Origin: Paraspadella gotoi
Taxonomy: Eukaryota > Animalia > Chaetognatha
Direction: 5' to 3'
NCBI GenBank assembly: GCA_051294375.1
Contig: CM119267.1
Location: 14,625,694-14,689,693 of the forward strand
Length of the DNA: 64,000 nt
The notes under the pieces were generated by a model that saw only the letters and a list, made by a program, of their open reading frames with translations, ran no database searches and had not been told where the DNA came from. The position numbers and the translations under genes were made by a program. Positions within the stretch are counted from its first letter, which is position 1; each line of letters starts with the position of its first letter. Shown in pieces: positions 56,145 to 64,000 of the stretch.

Positions 56145-59100
56145 ATGAAGGTGTTGAGCTCCACTATTGACGAGGACGACCATGGCGGCGATGCCGACAA
56201 AGAAAATCAACGAACGTTGAAGAAGCCTTTCCACAGTTCGTCCGACGACTCGCTTCAACGTTGCTTGCCGCACGCGTTGACCGCCACTGCGTCAGACCAT
56301 CTTCAGGGGCCGCCCGGTTTCTCACCGCCAGAGCGAGCACAACCTCGAGATATAGATTCACGCCTTCACGATGTCGAACCCTTGCTGGCCGCGTCGCCCA
56401 ACATTCTTAACAAAGGCTCCTGTGGAAGAAATCGTGTACAAAAAGGAGTCGGAAATCCTCCTGCCGTGGGGGCCTTGTACCGAATTTCCTACACGTCTCC
56501 TCAACCAAGAAACGGGTGAAAGAAGATAACGTTGGAGGAAGCGGATGGCGACCATAATTTCTAGATTGCTACTTTTCATCCAGGTTTTCTTCGTCTGGAA
56601 ATGCCACTCCGAATTCGGAGACCTCGGGTTCTGACTTACATCCTAAAGATAAAATTAACAACAGATTACTTGCCGATTCTGTAACAACCTTGGAGACGAA
56701 AAAGGAAGTGTGAGTTGCTCATCGTTTTTCATCGATATTGGTCGTGTAGGAATTCCCTGCTATTTTTTTTTTTTTTTTCAGAAACGAACTCGGCGACAAA
56801 AAAATCAGTTCATCCTTGCACTCAAGACTTGAACCGGTTAGTTCCAGCAGCAGCTTGGAAGCTACTGGTCAAAGCTTCATGAGTCCTTTACCCGGTAAAT
56901 TCCCAAGAGAGGATCACTAAGAGGATACTAAGAGAGGATCACTACGAATTGCTCGTTAAATTTTACTACTTTTGTCAGGACGGAAATCGAACAGTTATCG
57001 ACTTACCCCTTGCACGCCGCGAACGAATCCCTTCGATGTGTGTGACCCTTCGGAGCTGACGATGTCGATCGTCAGCCCTTCGGTATTTTGTATCTCCAAA
57101 GAACGTTCGAAAAACGGTAACCGTAGCTAAATAATTTAACAATTCAAAAACATATTCTATAATATATTCTAGCATGATGGGAAAAAAATTGTCGCGGTTT
57201 AAAAAAAGTTGTTAAATATATTTTTTACAAGTAAATAGGTTTTAATATATAGCAAAACCTTCTTAGGACAGAATATAAATATACATTTTCATAAGCATAA
57301 AATTATGAAGGTCAGGGATCACTCAATTCAAATTATAAATAGGCTACAACCGAAAGGAGAGCTCTTGACGATTCCGAAAATGTATTCACTTTACTATTTT
57401 TTCAAAGGCGTTTCAAATTTTGTATTACTATATAAATCTATCTGAAGAGTTGCAGCCCAAACGGTAAAGCGGTTCCTCATGAAATTTGACTTTAATTACT
57501 TTTAGGTCACGTACTCCAATTCTATGAAATATTTTCAAAATTTGCCCTCCTTTATAGAAAATTTGGTTATTTTAGTCATATTTGGCATTAATTTTGTATA
57601 AATTTAAAAGTTTTCGATTTTTTTTAATAGAAGACCCTCTACAGGATATAAGAGAAGAATTAGGATACAGTAAATTGAGATTTCCACAATTTTAGGTTGC
57701 GTGATCCCAAGACAGGTTGTCTTTAACTTTTTGAACTTCTTTTAGAACACGGAGACAACTTGCATTATTGTTATTATTGTATCTTTAACAAAATATTTTA
57801 TCAGATTTGAGATGGGGAATGGTCCTTGGCAAAAAGTACAATGTACAATATGATAATGCATTGTCTTTCATCTTTTATAAAATCTTTGATTTTTTTTTGG
57901 TTTGTTTTATATTTGATACTGATACTTTATTACATCCAGAGGTAAATATGTGCAAATATTAATTTTGCTTACAGAAAGGTTACCCAGAGCTTTATGACTT
58001 TTATTGATGCTTTGAAAAATAAATAAGTTTCAGCAAACAATGTCGGATCTGCTTACGATAATTAAGCGATAATCAGCTAATCAAATGATAAATCACAATA
58101 TGTTTGTGATCCTAACTGATTATAAGGGATTGTACCATACCATACCACACAAGTGTCTGTGCCAATACATGTAAATTCAACATTTTTGACCAATTTAATG
58201 AAAGAATTTTTGAAAAAGAATTATACTTTCTTATATCAACTTTTTGCAAGGAATCCAAATCCAATCTTAAAATTTAAAATCTTAAAATTTAAAAAAAATT
58301 ATTTTGAAATTTGAGCTATTATATACTTATTACTATATAAAAATATAGTTTACTGGCACCCACTATTGTATAAAATTAAAAAATAAATTTACCAAAGTAT
58401 TTTTATTGGTTTTTGTTTTCATGTTCTATTTGCTAAATTTTAATTTCATAAAATTTTATTATTTTCACATCACTCTAATATTGTACCAATTTCATAAAAT
58501 TCAGCTCCTTGTATTTTGATGCTAGTGCGGAGTACAATAAGTATTCCCCGATCTAATACTTAAGGGAGTGGTCTTTTCATACAATTGAAACATTCTTTGA
58601 CATATTTTCCACTTCATTGATAGGGAAGCCAGGTACTTTGGGAGTGAATAAACGGGACTGTGAGAGAGTCTTGATTGAAAGCTTGCAGGGACCTGCTATG
58701 TCATTATCTTGTAAGAGTGATGGAGGCCTTAAACCACCAAAGCCTGTCCAAAGTCAGGGGCAAGATAGCTTATTTATTAAATGAATGGATAATTTTTATA
58801 TTGGTTGTACCAATTTCATACAGTATCAGTGTAATTCAATGTATTATTAATGCTACTCTTTTTTGACATATGAATTAAGATTCATCCCTGAATCTATCTT
58901 AATAGAGATGATGAAATAACCATTTGACAAAGGCAGTCCCCGTAAATCATACCGGTTAAAGTCAAAAAGCCATAAAAACGAGTTGGAATTGAGTATGTAA
59001 TACAAATATAGAAAAATATATAAAAATAAAGAAGGAAACATTTTTTTGACAACTGATTTTCTTTTGCATAGTACTCTTTTTTTTTTTTTTTTTGTACATA

Positions 59101-62100
59101 AATGGAAACACAGCTCATATGAATCACCAATGGCCAAAGTTTTTCGATATCTAAATTTTAGTTACATTCTTACAGTGCCAAAAAAATAGCTGAAAACTTG
59201 CCACGACAATTTTTTTTCCTTCATGGTATAACATTTTTCATCAATACAATAAAATATCTTCTTTTCAGGTTCTCACACCGAACGCGATCCGTCGGAAACG
59301 ACAAACTCAGCCCAAGTCGGAGATTCTCCAGACCATTTAAAGCCTTTTAGATGGTCAATTGATCAACTGGCCATCCTTTACCCTGCCGACATCGATATCA
59401 CCGACAAGGAAGTCAGCCGACAGGAGATACATAAAACTCCCGACATCGAATACGAGAGAAAGGTAAGAAAACAATTTGATTTACGTTTACAGTTTAACCT
59501 CATGGTCGCTGTAGTCTAAATTGGTTTTTCACGATTTATGAAATTGGTACAACCAATATAAAAATTATCCATTCATTTAATATATTAGCTTGCCCTTGAC
59601 TTTGGACAGGCTTCGGTGATTTAAAGCCTCCATCACTCTTACAAGATAATGACACAGCTTTCAATAAAGACTCTCTCACAGTCTCGTTTATTCACTCCCA
59701 TAGTACCTGGCTTCCCTATCAATGAAATAGTATAATGTTTCATTATATAATTTTTTTTTTCAAAAATAAATAAATCTAGGTCGACGCCGCCATCGATGAA
59801 TATTTTAGTCAAAACCTTATCGTACCCTCTCCTTGGATCGGTCAATCCGGTGCCAAGTATCAGTCTCGGTTGCCGAACATCATGGAATGCAATGGGTCAC
59901 CTATGCTTTGCGTTAACCACGCCTCTAGCGTCCTCGAAATTCCTCAGACGGACGCCAACGCGTCCGCCATGAACGTCACTACTTCTAACGCCAGGTTTAA
60001 TTCGTTTTTGTCGATCGGAGAGATCATTGTTGCTATCAAGTTTTAGATAATCTTTTTATTTTTTAATCGCGTTTAGATTAAATAAATCCGCCAACACCTC
60101 TACTCAAGTAAACGTTCGCGAAGTCTCTTGTCAAACAAAACTTACAATTCCCGTAGACGTTGATCTAGAGAGATTGTTGGCCGACTATTACTCTGCCACC
60201 GAGGAGGTCGTCATAATCCAATCGAATGATTCTAGGTGCGTATGATTTAGTTTTTTTTTTTATCTCGTTTAGAATTGCTTCTTTGTGTCGTCGTCGTCTC
60301 GCTTTTTTACAATTAGAAATTGTAAAAGTAGGTAACCATTAAAAGCTAAAAATTTGGATATAGCTTCTCATCATCAAGATCTTTTATAACATGTTTCATA
60401 TTGCTATACGCATTTGTTTTATTTATAAAACAATTTTTATATAAAAACTACTACAAATTATAATTACGTTTTATTTATATTAGGGGTAGCCCCACACAAT
60501 GGGGTGAGTCAAAAATTTAGAATGAGTACCTGCTCAAACAAAAATTTATGAAAATTTGCAAATTACTTGTTTCACTATTTTCTATTTTTATATTTTATGA
60601 AGGATTTAGTATTTAATCTTATTATTTAATCAAATATATATTGCTTTCTTTCTTAAAAATGTTTTATTTATCTAATAATTCAATTTGGGAAGGGGAAGTC
60701 AGTGTTGTCTTCTGGAAATAGAGGGAGCATCTATACAACACAAGGTTAGATTACTATCTGTCCTAGTTTTCTAATAGATATTACACATCATTTCTGTTAG
60801 AAAGTCATTAATGAAAAATCATAATATCTAAGAGGCTGAACAGAAAGGGGTGGGAATGGATAATTTTTTGAGGGGTGATCAAAGTTATATATGATTTTTT
60901 TTACTAATAGGGATAAGACTACCATGTAGAATTGTATGTTCTGATAGGGATGCATACCGGGGAAAGGTCTATAGGGGCACCTTTATGTCATGAATATAAT
61001 TTTAAAATTATATTTTTTCTTTATTCTACTTTTTAAATTATTTCTTTTTTGAATATTTTTTATTTTTATACAATGGGAAGGTCATCAGTTGGGAACCTAT
61101 ACCCTTCATGGATTTCGGCTCTTTAATCCCAATATCCAGGTATAGGCGAGCCATCACCAAATGGTGATCCTTCATTGTTGCTTATATTTTAAATGTATAT
61201 CTTGAATGTTTATCTATATTTTTATGTATACTTTCAATGAACAAAAATTTTTTAATATGGCTCTATACCCAAATAATTAATTTTTTAACATTTATTTATA
61301 GATAGGAAAGGCTAAAATTATATAAAATTCTATTTCTTGTTTAACTTTTTTAAAAAATTTGAAGATTTCAAAAAAAAATTTATAATGTGAAAAAAGATAG
61401 ATAACATTTAATGTAAAAAAGATAGATAACATTTAATGTAAATTTTTTTGGAAAATGATTGCTCAAATATTTAATCAAGACAACTAAAAAAACTTTGCTA
61501 ATAGTCGAAATTAAAATTATCTCCCGAGTTTTTTTCTTTTTTTTTCTGAAAAGAAAACAGAGCAAACAAATAATTGCGGGAATGGTTCAAAAATATCTTA
61601 TGTTAACAATAAACGTGAACGAAAAAGGAAAATAAAAAGAAAAAGAGATCGGGAGACAAAGTTGGTCCCTAATTATATGCTCTGCTTAAAACTGCAGAAA
61701 AAACGTGTGCCAGATAGCGCCCTAAATTATGCTAAAAATGTCTAGAGTTTTTTTTAGTATGCTAAATATTGTGCCAAATTATCTTTTAGCTAATTTAATG
61801 CAAAACTGTTACAAGAGTACAGAAAAATGATTATTATTAGAGCCTATTAAAAATTATTTAGACAGATAAAAACAAAAAAAGACGAAAAAAATGAGAGTTT
61901 GTGAATTGATTAATGCTTAAGCGATGAGCCATATAACCAGTCAAGTCCTGTAAAAGGTGTTTTGCAGCAGTAATTTTAAAACAGACCAACCAACCGACGC
62001 CATAGTATTTTGCTCTTGTAAAGTTGCTTTAACATGCTATTAGGATTACAGAACTACACAAGCATCTCAGAGGAAAATCGGGAATTAACATGATTGTTAT

Positions 62101-64000
62101 CAAAGAAATAAATAATAAAATAAGCAAATAGCATATTTAATACAGATTTACATTTCCAAAGGATAGAAAAACCTTAAATTTTTTCAGAATATGCCAGATT
62201 GTATGCTATACAGAAGGCTTCATATTATAAAATGTGGTACCCCTTTTTTGTGACCAGAACTCGTTCCGAGAAAACTACTGGACCAAATTTATTGAAATTT
62301 GGAATGAACGATCCCTATGTGAATACTGATAAAACTATCAATGGGAATTTCAATATTTGACCGCTTAGCCGAGAAATGGGGGCCCCCCGGGGGGTCACCC
62401 ATGGGGGCAAACAATTTTTTTTATAATTTTTGTTTTGAACAGTTGCACAGACATTTACTCTTCCACAAAAACATATTTATTACCTCAAAAATATTCATTT
62501 ACCTTAATTTTTAGCTTTATGAACATCAGCAGTAAAAGTCAGATTTGGAATAATTTGGGAAAATTGGAAGTAAAAGGATGAACCATGCATCTTCAACCAT
62601 GCTTAATTATTGCAAATTTATCAATTTTAGTTCTAAAATGTCTTTTTCTTATGTTTAAAACGTCAATGCACCTGATGCCATTAAAAACTTTGAAAAATGA
62701 AAAAAAAAAATTTAGCCCTTTTTGGCCCCCCAGGGGTCCACCCCCAGGGCCCTGTATCTCTTGTCAGGGGTTGAATATCAAAATTAGCCTCGATAGTTCC
62801 ATTTATATAGTCAGCACTCTTAAATAATGTAAAATTTTATTAAATTCGATAGGGTAGTTTGGTGGGAACAGATTCTGGTCACAAAAAAGGGGTACCACAT
62901 TTTATAATATGAAGCCTTCTGTATGCCTGATCATTTTTTTACTGGCTCAACGGTCTGAAATTATACCAGATCTATGAGATTACTATACTTTTAAGATTTT
63001 TTTTTTTTGTTAATTGAATCGTTATTTTATTTTGAAACAAAATATTTTTTTAAAAATTACTTCAGAATCTACTCATGAAAGTAAATAAGTCCAGTTAGGT
63101 CAAAAAAAGGTTAGTTAAGGCAAACAAAGGCTAGTTTTAGCAAGAAAAGGCACGTTAGGGCGATGAAAGGAATGTTAAGGTATGTTGAAAGGTAAGTTAA
63201 GTCAAAGACAAGAAAATGGCAGAAAGATATTGGACATAGTGTTTTAGTTTAGTTTTAGTTTCAACCATAGCCCTTTCTTTTTGCGTTGTGTGAGGAATTA
63301 GGAAATGGCGACAATTTTTGAGTTTCAACAACGAATTTACTTTGATAATAAAACGGACATGTTTCGGTTTGACTTCAAGCCTTCATCGGCGTTTAAGTTT
63401 ACTGTTAAACCAAGCCAAAACTTGTCCGTTTTGTTGTCAAAATAAATTCGTTGTTAAAATTTAAATATTTTTTCTATTTCCTAGGTAAAAAAAAATATTT
63501 CGGATTTCTGTTCTCTTTTATATTTATAGATATTATTTTTTTTCTCTGCTGATTATTTTGTTTCAAATACCACGCCAGCTTTACCTCTCGCAACACGAGT
63601 TTGACCAACGACTGCTCTGGCGGCGCTCCGATTTCCAGCGATGTTCTCAGCACCTCTACTCTTAGGCGAAAGCTCTTTACACATTTGGAGGAGGAAGAGG
63701 AAAAGCGTCTTGGAGAAACTGCCACTTCTGGCGGCGAAAAAGAGGGAGCAAAAATTAGTCAAGTCCGACGGTCACGTTCAGGGTCAAATTTGAAAGTCGG
63801 GGTTAGTCCAGTTGAGCCCAATTTGATACTATAGATAAATACTGTAGCTTCTCTTTGTTGTCAAGGCGCTCTTTCACGACCCGGCCGTCTCCGGTCAGAC
63901 ACCTCCAAAGGCGATATCAATCGAGGGTGACGAGGCGACCACGCCCTCCTGTCTTCAGTATGTCGCTACGAGCCCGATTCGTGAGTCTGCCAAGACTCGC
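56145..64000 (+). CDS. BORA: Aurora A activator Bora, incomplete at the 3' end; exons 56145-56515, 56584-56709, 56782-56894, 56978-57116, 59269-59462, 59780-59994, 60077-60235, 63579-63801, 63866->64000
   Basis: Spliced frame gives NPFD...SPSVF, FRWSIDQLAILYPADID, AIDEYFSQNLIVPSPW, CQTKLTIPVDVDLERLLADYY, LSTSTLRRKLF and TSPI, all Bora motifs. Exon phases are consistent. Confidence 0.88.
57172..59226. mobile_element. second (inverted) copy of the 25601-26990 TIR element, with nested repeats
   Basis: Ends CATGATGGGAAAAAAATTGTCGCG and CGACAATTTTTTTTCCTTCATGG, plus shared internal blocks. Confidence 0.6.
62211..62921. mobile_element. young MITE with perfect 49-bp TIRs and TA target duplication, in a BORA intron
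   Basis: CAGAAGGCTTCATATTATAAAATGTGGTACCCCTTTTTTGTGACCAGAA at 62211 and its exact reverse complement ending at 62921, with TA on both flanks. Confidence 0.92.
63351..63394 (-). ncRNA. minimal type I hammerhead ribozyme motif (Penelope-type) within an inverted repeat
   Basis: Minus strand reads AAACG-CCGATGA-A-GGCTTG-AAGT-CAAACC-GAAA-CATGTC-CGTTT. Stem I is perfect, with one core substitution (CCGAUGA). Inverted repeat arms at 63327-63371 and 63411-63455. Confidence 0.65.

Noticed and set aside
1-64000. tRNA, rRNA or SL RNA genes, and a species assignment
   Set aside because: None could be recognised by eye, and the sequence alone does not let me name the taxon reliably.

Overview
Eukaryotic (invertebrate animal) genomic DNA with GC/CpG-rich exons and very AT-rich introns and spacers. 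I reconstruct 19 recognisable genes plus 3 orphan ORFs, and all lie on the + strand: TOPORS (3' part), CSTF1, GLMP/NCU-G1, PMS1, a 3-domain gelsolin-like gene, MRPL38, NT5C3, an orphan with a MADS-like segment, legumain, SLC37A3, two orphan ORFs, an ankyrin-SOCS box gene, RPAIN, PNLDC1, a PALB2-like gene, selenoprotein W (UGA=Sec plus SECIS, missed by the ORF track), NAA80, a PRDM, PEX19, PAN2 and BORA (runs off the 3' end). Stop-to-start spacers are as short as about 80 bp, and most start codons have an unpaired pyrimidine-rich...AG acceptor just upstream. This points to a very long operon-like (polycistronic, SL trans-spliced) array. The longer gaps and introns hold non-autonomous TIR elements, DINE-1/HINE-like elements, a Penelope-like RT relic and two Penelope-type minimal hammerhead ribozyme motifs. 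All identifications come from motifs recognised by eye, and exon boundaries are inferred from GT-AG sites and frame continuity; no searches were run.
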